NCBI GenBank assembly: GCA_963713825.1
Contig: CAVQNG010000001.1
Coordinates: 128,001-192,000 of the forward strand
DNA length: 64,000 nucleotides
Direction: 5' to 3'
DNA from: an uncultured Acidobacteriota bacterium
GTDB taxonomy: Bacteria; Acidobacteriota; Thermoanaerobaculia; Multivoradales; JAHEKO01
Below the pieces are notes generated by a model. The model ran no database searches. It was not told where the DNA came from and was given only the letters and a program-made list of their open reading frames with translations. Both the position numbers and the translations under genes were made by a program. Of this stretch, positions 28,059 to 36,970 are shown piece by piece; the first letter of the stretch is position 1; every line of letters begins with the position of its first letter.

Positions 28059-29117
28059 ATGGCTGACGAAATTCCCGATCGGGAACCTGTTCTCGAGATC
28101 CAATTCCATCCCGCAGGAATCCGGCGGGGCGTCGGCTATCTCTTCTTGAGGCGGCGTCACCTACGACTCCTGGCGGTCTCTGGAGTCGGGCTGGCGCTCT
28201 TGGTCTTGTTTGGTTTGATCGTCACTCCGAGCGTCGTGGCGAATCGATTCCGACTTGCCCGGTATCGTCAGTTAGCAGAGGAGCGCAGCCAGCAAGGCCG
28301 TCGTCTCGACCAACTCACCTCCGAGCTCGAAGAACTGGCCACTCGTAGCGAGGAGATGCACCTCAGGACGGGGCGCATTCTCTTGACCTACGGGTTGGAC
28401 AGCGAGGATTCGATCGGTCAAGGCGGGTTCCCCTACAGCTCTCCGGAGCCGATCACCACGATCTACTCGGACGCCGTTCAGCATGGGCAGGACATGAAGG
28501 CGCAGGTGAGCGAGCAGGTCGCCGTTCTGGATACATTTCTCGAGGAACTGGAGACCTTCGAGTCGGCACACAATGAGCAGGTGCGAGTGACACCTTCGGT
28601 CTGCCCCCTGCCCGAGCGGCAGTTTGTGCTCACCAGCCCGTTCGGTCGGCGGCGGAGCCCATTCACCAAGCAGATCGACAACCACCCCGGGTTGGATCTG
28701 GCGGCGACGTCCGGCACCGAGATTCGTGCACCAGCCGATGCCGTGGTGGTCTTTGCTGGGCGCTATCCGAGTCGGCAGAGCGTCTCGTGGTGGAGATATG
28801 GGAACCTCGTGGCGCTGGCTCACGGCGACCGCTTCATTACGCTGTTCGGACATTGCGACGAGATCGGTGTGAAAAGCGGACAGCAGGTGGAACAGGGTGA
28901 GGTCATCGCCACGGTGGGCAACAGCGGATGGAGCACCAGTCCACACCTACATTACGAGGTGCGGCGAAGAGAGGAAGACGGTAGATTCGCGCCGGTCGAT
29001 CCGAGAATCTACATTCTGGATCACCAATGGCGCGACGAAGAACAGATCCTGATACGGGCCCGGCAGGCGCCCGACCTGTCCGACTTCGAGCCCTTGCCGC
29101 GCCTGATCGCGCGGTAG
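28059..29117 (+). CDS. M23 family metallopeptidase with N-terminal TM helix and coiled coil
   Basis: TSPFG.RRSPF, HPGLD, YGNLV, GNSGWSTSPHLHYEV, PVDP. Confidence 0.92.
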   Translation: MADEIPDREPVLEIQFHPAGIRRGVGYLFLRRRHLRLLAVSGVGLALLVLFGLIVTPSVVANRFRLARYRQLAEERSQQGRRLDQLTSELEELATRSEEMHLRTGRILLTYGLDSEDSIGQGGFPYSSPEPITTIYSDAVQHGQDMKAQVSEQVAVLDTFLEELETFESAHNEQVRVTPSVCPLPERQFVLTSPFGRRRSPFTKQIDNHPGLDLAATSGTEIRAPADAVVVFAGRYPSRQSVSWWRYGNLVALAHGDRFITLFGHCDEIGVKSGQQVEQGEVIATVGNSGWSTSPHLHYEVRRREEDGRFAPVDPRIYILDHQWRDEEQILIRARQAPDLSDFEPLPRLIAR

Positions 29118-29155
29118 TCGGAGCGTTGGCGCGATCGAACTGGGAGCTCACAGCG

Positions 29156-29950
29156 ATGTCCAAGCAAATCATCAGCAGCAAGACACCGACCATGATCATC
29201 CCGCAAGGTACCGAGATTCACTCGGATGCCCACGGTCAGCTCAATATCAGGACCCCGGGGAATCTGGTGATCGAGACCTCGGGACATTACGGGATTCTCG
29301 AATCGCTGCATGGCTCGATTCGTATCGAACCCGAGGCTGACGTGGAAGCCGTCCAGGTCCGCTGCTCGGAAGCCTGCTACGTGCAGGGAAATTTGACGGC
29401 CTGGAAGGTGTCTGCGCACTCCTTGCAGCTGGAGAGTCAGGCCAGGGCAAGTATCGTCTTGCAGGACACCAAGGAGCTCTCGATCGGCAAGGGAGCGCAA
29501 TTGGTCGGTAACTTCTCCTCTGAGAAAGAGCTCTTCGTCCTTTTCTCCCGATTTGCCGAGCAACTGAAGACACTACCCCTATTCGCCAGACGGAGCTCCG
29601 AAACCCAGGAGCTGAGCGAAGGCGACGATTCCGGGACCCTGGTCATACCCATGACCCGAGAGCCCGAGGAGATCGCGGCCGAACCCGATCACTCTGTCAG
29701 CTTGCATTCCGAGCTTCCTGATCCGCTCTTTTTCGCCCTCATACTCCTCGAGCGCGAGTTTGCTCGCTCGGCCTACGGACCGACATCCCAACGAGTTATC
29801 GAGGAGCTCATCAAGCTGCTCCAGGAAAAGGACCTGGAGGCTCTCAGTCTGACCTACAGGACGTTGTGCGGCAGGATCGTCGAGCCCGGTGGTGATATTC
29901 GCCGCGCCTTCGACCTGATGGAAACGTACTTCAGCGCGCTGTCGCCATGA
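29156..29950 (+). CDS. Hypothetical protein with a bactofilin-like beta-helix N-terminus and helical C-terminal domain
   Basis: IIPQGTEI..GNLVIE..GSIRIE..VQGNL..LSIGKGAQLVGNF pattern; directly follows the M23 gene. Confidence 0.5.
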   Translation: MSKQIISSKTPTMIIPQGTEIHSDAHGQLNIRTPGNLVIETSGHYGILESLHGSIRIEPEADVEAVQVRCSEACYVQGNLTAWKVSAHSLQLESQARASIVLQDTKELSIGKGAQLVGNFSSEKELFVLFSRFAEQLKTLPLFARRSSETQELSEGDDSGTLVIPMTREPEEIAAEPDHSVSLHSELPDPLFFALILLEREFARSAYGPTSQRVIEELIKLLQEKDLEALSLTYRTLCGRIVEPGGDIRRAFDLMETYFSALSP

Positions 29951-30411
29951 GCACACTCGAGCGGGCGCAGAAGGTGGCCTTCTGGATTGCCGCGGTCTGC
30001 GCTGCGCTTGGATTCGTCACCAGTGCAGGGTGTGGACCGATCTCCGATCTGCCAGGTGGGCTGGCTGGATGGCTTCATCCAGTGCTCCTGATCGGTGGGA
30101 TCGCGGCAGGGTTGACGGCCGCAGCCCGCAACGACGAGATCGATCGCATTCGCTGGAGAGTCGTCGAAGACTCGATGCTGACGAGCGATGAGCGCGACTA
30201 TGCTCACCGCAATGCCGAACGGGAGAGGCGGTGGGCCTCCACGGCTTTCCTCTCGGCTCCCCTGATGCTGGGATACTGGATGGCCTACCAGATCGAGGGC
30301 GGTGGCCGTCGCCTCGATGCCCAGCTGCTGCCGCTGACTGCTGTAGTGGGCTCTGTAATCGGCTATCTGCTGGCCAGGATGCGAGCGCGGCGCCGCGAAC
30401 CCCGAGCCTGA
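29947..30411 (+). CDS. Hypothetical membrane protein (about 4 TM)
   Basis: Four hydrophobic segments; ATGA overlap with the upstream gene. Confidence 0.65.
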   Translation: MSTLERAQKVAFWIAAVCAALGFVTSAGCGPISDLPGGLAGWLHPVLLIGGIAAGLTAAARNDEIDRIRWRVVEDSMLTSDERDYAHRNAERERRWASTAFLSAPLMLGYWMAYQIEGGGRRLDAQLLPLTAVVGSVIGYLLARMRARRREPRA

Positions 30412-30415
30412 AGTC

Positions 30416-32179
30416 TCAGAGCGATGTGGCTCGCATGACCTCTTCGTAGGTGGTGACGCCTTCCGCCAGCTTGCGCAGTGCCGACTGACGCAGGGTCCTC
30501 ATGCCGTGGGTGACGGCCTCCCGCTTGATCTTCGGTGCATCGGCGCCTTCGAGGATGAGCTGCTTGACGAGATCGTTGATCGCCAGGACTTCGAAGATCC
30601 CGGTGCGCCCGAAGTAGCCGGTGCCACGGCACTCGAAGCAGCCGGCGCCGCTCTTGACCTTGATCCGCTTGCCAGGTGCCACCGACAGCATCAAGGTCTT
30701 GATCTCATCGCCGCTCAGGTAGCGGTCTTCAGCGCAGTGTGGACAGACCTTTCGCACGAGACGCTGAGCCATGGCCCCAGCCAGCGTCGAGGTGACCAGG
30801 TAGCGCTCCAGGCCGAGGTCGATCAGGCGAGTGATCGAAGAGGCTGCATCGTTGGTGTGCAAGGTGGAGAACACGAGGTGGCCGGTCAGAGCGGCTTGAA
30901 TGGAGTACTGGGCCGTCTCGGGATCGCGGATCTCACCGACCATGATGATGTCCGGATCCTGCCGCAAGATGTGCCGCAAGGCAGCAGCGAAAGTGACGCC
31001 CGCCTTGATATTCACCGCCGTTTGGTTGAAGGCGGGAGACACCATCTCGATCGGATCTTCGATGGTCGTGATGTTGAGCTCCGGAGTGGAGATGGCGGTG
31101 AGTGCAGAGTAGAGGGTCGTCGTCTTACCTGATCCAGTTGGGCCGGTGACAAGAATGATGCCGTGTGGCCGGGTGATGAAGTTGTTGAACAGATCGAGCT
31201 CGTCGGGGTAGAAGCCGAGCGAGGGGAGATCCTGGATGAGAACCTCTGGATCGAAGATGCGTAGCACGAGCTTCTCGCCGAATGCCACTGGCAGCGTCGA
31301 GACCCGAAGCTCGATTTCCTTGCCGCCACGTTGGGTCTTGACCCTGCCGTCCTGGGGACGACGTTTCTCGGCGATATCCAATCGAGACATGGTCTTGATG
31401 CGACTGACCACTGCCTTGTGGACGATCTTCGGCACCGTCTGGATATCGTGTAGCACCCCATCGATGCGAAAGCGAATCAGGCAATCCTCGCGCTTGGGCT
31501 CGATGTGGATGTCGCTCGCCCTGGTGTCGTATCCGTGCTGCAGCATGAACTCGACGGCATTGACGATGTGCTGGTCGCTGGACTCGATCTCCGCCTCGTC
31601 CTTCATCCGCACCAGGGCTTCGAGGTTGCCGAGATCGATGCCCTGAGAGAGGTCCTTCTCGGCTCTCTTCACCGAGTGGCGCAGACCGTAGAACTCATTG
31701 ATGCCTTTGAGGATGTCGGGCTCGGAAGCCACCAGCAGATCGATGTCCCTCTCGACGATGCGGCGAAACGAGTCGATGCTCTCCAGGTCATAGGGATTGG
31801 CGCAGGCCACCTGCAGTCGGCCATCCCGCATTCCCAGAGGCAGCATGCGGTGCCGCTTGGCGAAGGGCCTCGACATCCTGCTCTCGATGAGGTCCGCATC
31901 GAGGTCGAGAGGATCGATGCGGACGAACTCGAGATCGGCGTCCGCTGCGACCGCCTTTGCAATCTCGACTTCCCCCAGGACGCCGGATGGATCGCCAGGA
32001 CTGGGGAACTGCAGACGCTGGATGACTTCGTAGCCCAGAGCGTGCTGTTCGTAGGCTCGATAACCGTTGTCGTCACCGCCCACCTGCTTGGATTCCTTGA
32101 GGACCTGCGACACCTGACCGGCGGTCAGGAAACCCTGGCGCTCGAGGATCTGTGCAAGCAGCTTGGGGCTGAGGCTCAT
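30416..32179 (-). CDS. GspE/PilB family secretion or pilus assembly ATPase
   Basis: ASDIHIEP, RRPQDGR, GPTGSGKTTT, TIEDPIE, RQDPDIIMVGEIRD, TGHLVFSTLHTN, CPHC..CFEC Zn motif. Confidence 0.93.
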   Translation of the reverse strand: MSLSPKLLAQILERQGFLTAGQVSQVLKESKQVGGDDNGYRAYEQHALGYEVIQRLQFPSPGDPSGVLGEVEIAKAVAADADLEFVRIDPLDLDADLIESRMSRPFAKRHRMLPLGMRDGRLQVACANPYDLESIDSFRRIVERDIDLLVASEPDILKGINEFYGLRHSVKRAEKDLSQGIDLGNLEALVRMKDEAEIESSDQHIVNAVEFMLQHGYDTRASDIHIEPKREDCLIRFRIDGVLHDIQTVPKIVHKAVVSRIKTMSRLDIAEKRRPQDGRVKTQRGGKEIELRVSTLPVAFGEKLVLRIFDPEVLIQDLPSLGFYPDELDLFNNFITRPHGIILVTGPTGSGKTTTLYSALTAISTPELNITTIEDPIEMVSPAFNQTAVNIKAGVTFAAALRHILRQDPDIIMVGEIRDPETAQYSIQAALTGHLVFSTLHTNDAASSITRLIDLGLERYLVTSTLAGAMAQRLVRKVCPHCAEDRYLSGDEIKTLMLSVAPGKRIKVKSGAGCFECRGTGYFGRTGIFEVLAINDLVKQLILEGADAPKIKREAVTHGMRTLRQSALRKLAEGVTTYEEVMRATSL

Positions 32180-32327
32180 GGTTGCGGCCGTGGACTTCCG
32201 CTGAACTAAGGACAATGCTTCTCGAAGCGTAGGTGAGTTTAGCAGTAGCTTCTGCCGGCGGCTGTGCCAGGTTCCACCTCCTTCGAGGGCCGAAGGTACA
32301 ATCGTTCCCTGAGCGCAAGTACCTGTC

Positions 32328-33209
32328 ATGTCAGTATCCGTAATCTCTTTGCTCCTGGTCCTGGGCTGCGCAATCGGTTTCGCCGGCGCTGATCTGCTGC
32401 GCAAAGTGCTGGCGCACCGGCTTCACCCGGTGCCACTGCTCTTCATTCTGGCGGCCGGAATGAGCCCGGCATTTGTCGGCTGGTGGGTTTGGTCAGGAGC
32501 AGCCGCTCCGACGGCTGGCTACTGGGTTCCAGGCTTGGGGTCGGTGCTCCTCAATGTCATCGCCAATCTGGTCTTCTTCGAGGCGGTTCGGATTTCTCCC
32601 TTGAGTCTGACGATACCAATGCTCTCCCTGACGCCGGTCTTCACTTCGCTGCTGGCGGTCCCGCTTCTGGGTGAGCGGCCTGGAAGTCTCGAGTGGGTCG
32701 GCATCGTGGCCGTGTTTCTCGGCGCCTTCTGGCTGAATGTGGATCGTCGGGGGACACAGCCAGAGCTGCCGATCTGGAGACGACTGGGCAAGGAGCGGGG
32801 AAGCCTTCTGATGATTCTGGTCGCAGCCCTCTGGTCGCTGGCGTTGCCTCTCGACAAGCTGGCGCTCCGAAGTGCGAGCGTTCCAGTCCATGGGACCCTG
32901 CTCAACCTCGGGGTCGCTCTGATCCTGGCCGCGGTTCTCGTCAGTCGCCCTGGGGGGGGACGTCTGGGCGAGGTTCGTCGGTGGTCCGGTCTCGTCACCG
33001 CTCTGGTGGCGGTGAGCGTCATCGCTCTCGGACTTCAGCTCGTGGCGATTACACGAGTCTGGGTTGGACTGGTCGAGACCCTGAAACGAGCCATTGGTTC
33101 TCTGCTGGCTCTTGTGTCGGGTTGGGCCTTCTTCGGTGAGCAGGTGGATGTTCAGCAAGTGTTGGCAGTCCTGCTGATGGGGGCAGGAGTAGGTCTCGTC
33201 CTGCTCTGA
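32328..33209 (+). CDS. EamA/DMT family transporter
   Basis: About 10 TM segments; PLS..IP..SLTPVF..LLGE and FFGE repeats. Confidence 0.85.
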   Translation: MSVSVISLLLVLGCAIGFAGADLLRKVLAHRLHPVPLLFILAAGMSPAFVGWWVWSGAAAPTAGYWVPGLGSVLLNVIANLVFFEAVRISPLSLTIPMLSLTPVFTSLLAVPLLGERPGSLEWVGIVAVFLGAFWLNVDRRGTQPELPIWRRLGKERGSLLMILVAALWSLALPLDKLALRSASVPVHGTLLNLGVALILAAVLVSRPGGGRLGEVRRWSGLVTALVAVSVIALGLQLVAITRVWVGLVETLKRAIGSLLALVSGWAFFGEQVDVQQVLAVLLMGAGVGLVLL

Positions 33210-33238
33210 GATCGAAGCTCCGACGCGGCGCCGGGAGA

Positions 33239-34420
33239 CTAGGAGCTGGGCCAGTCCTGCTGAAGACGTGCTGTGGAGGTCCAGTGGGCCATCATTTCGG
33301 AGAGTGAGTCGCCGCCCAGCTTCTCCAGAAGAGCGTCGGCAAGGACGAGTGCCAACATGGCCTCGGCGATGACGCCGGCCGCTGGCAGTGCGGTGACGTC
33401 ACTACGCTCGTACTGAGAGATCCGCTCCTCCATGGTGTCGATGTCAACGGAGGGCAGTCCAACGGCCAACGTCGAAATGGGCTTCATGTAGGCGGTAACG
33501 ATGACATCTTGTCCGTTGGTGATGCCGCCCTCGGTGCCTCCAGCGCGGTTGCTGGAGCGCTGCCATCCGGCCTCCTCGGCGAAGAGGATCGGGTCGTGGG
33601 CCTCACTGCCGAATCCGCTGCTGGCCGCAATGGCGCTGCCGATCTCGACGGCCTTGACTGCGGGCACGGACATGATGGCCTGGGCGATGCGGCCGTCGAG
33701 CTTCTCGTTCCACTGAACGTGGGAACCTAGACCGGTGGGGACCCTGTGAGCGATCACGGTGATGCTGCCCCCCAGCGTGTCGCCGATCTGCTTGGCCTGA
33801 TCGACCATCTGCACCATCTCCGGCTCGAGCTCGGTATGGACGGCTCGCAGGGGTGAGCCGTCGTCCATGGCGCTGAGGTCGGCCCAAGAGGGTGTCGTTC
33901 GATCGAGTCCAACGGGTCCAAGTGAGCGCACGCCGCTCTTGATCTCCACCTCGAAATGGGCCAGGAGCTGCTTGGCGATGGCACCTGCAGCCACTCGGGC
34001 TGCGGTCTCACGCGCCGAGGCGCGCTCGAGGACATCCCGGAGGTCTCGACGGTCGTACTTGAGGCCGCCAGCCAGATCGGCGTGGCCAGGTCGGGGTGAC
34101 CGGAGTCTGCGCTGCTCTGCTTTGGCGACATCGAGCTCGAGAGGATCCATGACCTCTCGCCAGTTCTCGAAGTCTCGATTGGCAATCCAGATGCAGATGG
34201 GCGAGCCGAGTGTCGCTCCACCCCGCAGCCCGCCCTTGAACTGGATGTCGTCCTGTTCGATTTGCATGCGCCGGCCTCTGCCGTAGCCATGCTGCCGACG
34301 ACGCAGCTCGCGCTTGATCTGGTCGCGGTCGATGCTGAGGCCGGCCGGCATGCCGCAGAGTATTGCTGTCAGGCCGGGGCCGTGACTCTCTCCCGCTGTC
34401 GTGACTTGGAGTCGCCGCAT
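33239..34420 (-). CDS. aroC: Chorismate synthase
   Basis: TAGESHG, PRPGHADL, ERASARETA, GGTEGGITNG, MKPIST, ERSD. Confidence 0.97.
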   Translation of the reverse strand: MRRLQVTTAGESHGPGLTAILCGMPAGLSIDRDQIKRELRRRQHGYGRGRRMQIEQDDIQFKGGLRGGATLGSPICIWIANRDFENWREVMDPLELDVAKAEQRRLRSPRPGHADLAGGLKYDRRDLRDVLERASARETAARVAAGAIAKQLLAHFEVEIKSGVRSLGPVGLDRTTPSWADLSAMDDGSPLRAVHTELEPEMVQMVDQAKQIGDTLGGSITVIAHRVPTGLGSHVQWNEKLDGRIAQAIMSVPAVKAVEIGSAIAASSGFGSEAHDPILFAEEAGWQRSSNRAGGTEGGITNGQDVIVTAYMKPISTLAVGLPSVDIDTMEERISQYERSDVTALPAAGVIAEAMLALVLADALLEKLGGDSLSEMMAHWTSTARLQQDWPSS

Positions 34421-34435
34421 TTGGCAGTCAGCCTA

Positions 34436-34873
34436 TCAAGAGTCCGTGCTGGGGAGTGGGGTCGCCAGTCGGTCGAACGGTGCTCTGAGGGGCTCTGGGG
34501 TTCGGCAGAGACGGCCGGTCTCGGCGTTCACCCAGACATGCTCGGTCAGGCCGGTCGCCAGTAGATCGTCCTGCCGTCTCACCTCGTAGGCGAATCGGAG
34601 CCGGCGGCTGGCGAGCTCGGCCAGCCAGGCATCGACCTCCAAGGTATCGCCGTACCGCGCTCCGAGTCGATACTCGACCTGACAAGCAGTGACCATCAGG
34701 TGGTAGCCGAGCTCCTCGATCTGCTGGTAATGGAAGCCGGACAAGGTGCAAAGGCGCGTCCGCGCGAGCTCGAACCAGACCAGATAGTTGGCGTGGTGAA
34801 CGACACCCATCTGATCGGTCTCGGCGTAGCGGACCTCGACCTTGGTCGTCGAGCGGACAGGATGGTCTGACAT
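34436..34873 (-). CDS. YbgC/FadM family acyl-CoA thioesterase
   Basis: VRYAETDQMGVVHHANYLVWFE.AR. Confidence 0.9.
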   Translation of the reverse strand: MSDHPVRSTTKVEVRYAETDQMGVVHHANYLVWFELARTRLCTLSGFHYQQIEELGYHLMVTACQVEYRLGARYGDTLEVDAWLAELASRRLRFAYEVRRQDDLLATGLTEHVWVNAETGRLCRTPEPLRAPFDRLATPLPSTDS

Positions 34874-35574
34874 CAGCCGATACTGTAGCGCAGCACGGTC
34901 CAGAGAATCTTGTACCCAGCCAGAATCGTGCCGCGAAGGGTACCCGTGATCTTCGAGACCCCGACCCGTTTCCGATAGCTGACCGGCACCTCGGTGACCC
35001 GGAGATCGTGCCGGAGGGCCTTGACCTGCATCTCAGCCGTCCAGCCGAAATCTGGATCGGACATGTCGAGGTCTTCGAGAGCCGTCCAAGTAATGGCTCG
35101 AAATGGGCCGAGGTCCGTGAACCGGTGGCCATACAGGACCCGGATCATCGAGCAAGCGATCAGATTGCCGGCCCTGGCTTGCGGTAGCAAAGCCCCGGCC
35201 TCCCTTTCGCCCAGGACGCGAGAGCCGATGACGAGATCTACCTCACCGCTTTGGATTGGTGCTACCAGCGACGGCAGCTCCTCGGGATGGTCGGAGAAGT
35301 CTGCATCGAGGAAGACGACGACATCGGCCGGCTGATGTTGGCGTAGATAGGCGAGTCCGCACAGGCAGGCACTGCCGTAGCCGGGCCGTGGCTCGCTGAC
35401 AACCTGCGCTCCGCCAGCGGCCGCGACTTTTGCGGTGGCGTCGGTCGAGTTGTTGTCGACGACAACGATCCGGGAGACCGGAGGCCGAGGGATGGCGGCC
35501 AGGACAAGGGGAAGAGAAGCCTCCTCGTTGTAGGCCGGAATGACCACGTCGATTGAGGGAGTCTTGAGCGGCAT
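34873..35574 (-). CDS. Glycosyltransferase family 2 (DPM1-like)
   Basis: VIPAYNEE, VVDNNSTD, FLDAD, GSR, TDLGPFRAI, EMQ. Confidence 0.9.
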   Translation of the reverse strand: MPLKTPSIDVVIPAYNEEASLPLVLAAIPRPPVSRIVVVDNNSTDATAKVAAAGGAQVVSEPRPGYGSACLCGLAYLRQHQPADVVVFLDADFSDHPEELPSLVAPIQSGEVDLVIGSRVLGEREAGALLPQARAGNLIACSMIRVLYGHRFTDLGPFRAITWTALEDLDMSDPDFGWTAEMQVKALRHDLRVTEVPVSYRKRVGVSKITGTLRGTILAGYKILWTVLRYSIG

Positions 35575-35707
35575 CGGGAAGGCCAGAAGACGGGGCCTTC
35601 AAGGCCTGCGGTACGTTATCATTGCTGCGGTCGTCGCGGGGGCGCTTGACGCCCCCGCGATGGCATCTAGCCAGGCCAGTCGACGACGAGACGGAGAGGT
35701 CAAAGGA

Positions 35708-36970
35708 ATGGGACGCAAGATCCAGGCGGTCAAGGGAACCCGGGACCTGTTGCCACCTGATACGGCGGTATGGGCTGCGGTGGAGCGAGCCGCACGAGAG
35801 ACCTTCGGGGCCTATGGCTACTCCGAGATCCGAACTCCCATTCTCGAAGATACGGAGCTCTTCGTGCGCTCGGTCGGTGAGAGTACGGACATCGTCGGCA
35901 AGGAGATGTATACCTTCGCTGATCGCAAAGGGAGGAGCCTCTCCTTGCGGCCCGAGAGCACGGCCTCGGTGGCGCGAGCTTTCGTTCAGCATGGAATGCA
36001 AAGCTCCCCATTGCCCCTCAAGGTGTACTACATCGGTCCGCACTTCCGCTACGAAAGGCCGCAGAAAGGGCGCTATCGGCAGTTCTTCCAGATTGGAGCG
36101 GAGCTCTTGGGCGATGCCGGGCCTCAGAGTGACGGCGAAGTCATTCTGATGCTGGTGCGATTTCTCTCCGTCCTGGGCTTCGAGGGACTTGTCGTCCAGC
36201 TCAACACTGTGGGAGATGAAGAGTCGCGACAGGCCTACAAAGAGGGCCTGCTGGAGTTCTTGAATCCCCAGCGTGAGGCCCTGAGCCCTGATAGCCAGCG
36301 CCGTCTCGACAGCAACCCGCTGAGGATTCTGGACTCCAAGGATCCGGCGGATCATGCAGTGCTCGAAGGGGCGCCACGGCTCGAGAGTTTCCTGAATGAC
36401 GAGAGTGCAAGACACTTCGAGGCCGTTCGTTCGATGCTGGATCGCCACGATGTCGCCTATTCCGTCGAACCGCGGTTGGTGAGGGGACTCGACTACTACA
36501 CCCGAACCGTGTTCGAGATCATCGCCGAGGGACTCGGCGCCCAGGACGCCATTGTTGGCGGCGGACGCTACGACGGACTGGTCGAAGAGCTGGGCGGTCA
36601 GCCGTTGCCGGGGATCGGATTCGCCATCGGTGAAGACCGGTTGATCGAGGTGCTGCCGGAGAGTTTCCGAAGCAGGGCCCTGCAGAAGTCTCTTCTGACT
36701 GTGGCTGCGGTGCCGCCGGTCTCAGCCGCCGAGGCAGTGGTTCTGGGGGAGGAGCTTCGCAGCGCGGGCTTCGCTGTACTCGCGGAGCTGGCCGATCGCT
36801 CTGTTCGGTCCGCCCTGAAGCGGGCCGATCGAGCCGCAGTCCGATGGGTCGTGCTGATTGGCGAGCAAGAACAGGCTGCAGGGACCGTGACAGTGCGAGA
36901 TCTCGACAAGGGTAGTCAGGAGACGATGCCTCGTGAGGCTCTCGCGAACTACTTGAGGAGAGCGGAATGA
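35708..36970 (+). CDS. hisS: Histidine--tRNA ligase
   Basis: KGTRD, LRPESTAS, RYERPQKGRYRQF, LVRGLDYY, GGGRYD. Confidence 0.97.
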   Translation: MGRKIQAVKGTRDLLPPDTAVWAAVERAARETFGAYGYSEIRTPILEDTELFVRSVGESTDIVGKEMYTFADRKGRSLSLRPESTASVARAFVQHGMQSSPLPLKVYYIGPHFRYERPQKGRYRQFFQIGAELLGDAGPQSDGEVILMLVRFLSVLGFEGLVVQLNTVGDEESRQAYKEGLLEFLNPQREALSPDSQRRLDSNPLRILDSKDPADHAVLEGAPRLESFLNDESARHFEAVRSMLDRHDVAYSVEPRLVRGLDYYTRTVFEIIAEGLGAQDAIVGGGRYDGLVEELGGQPLPGIGFAIGEDRLIEVLPESFRSRALQKSLLTVAAVPPVSAAEAVVLGEELRSAGFAVLAELADRSVRSALKRADRAAVRWVVLIGEQEQAAGTVTVRDLDKGSQETMPREALANYLRRAE

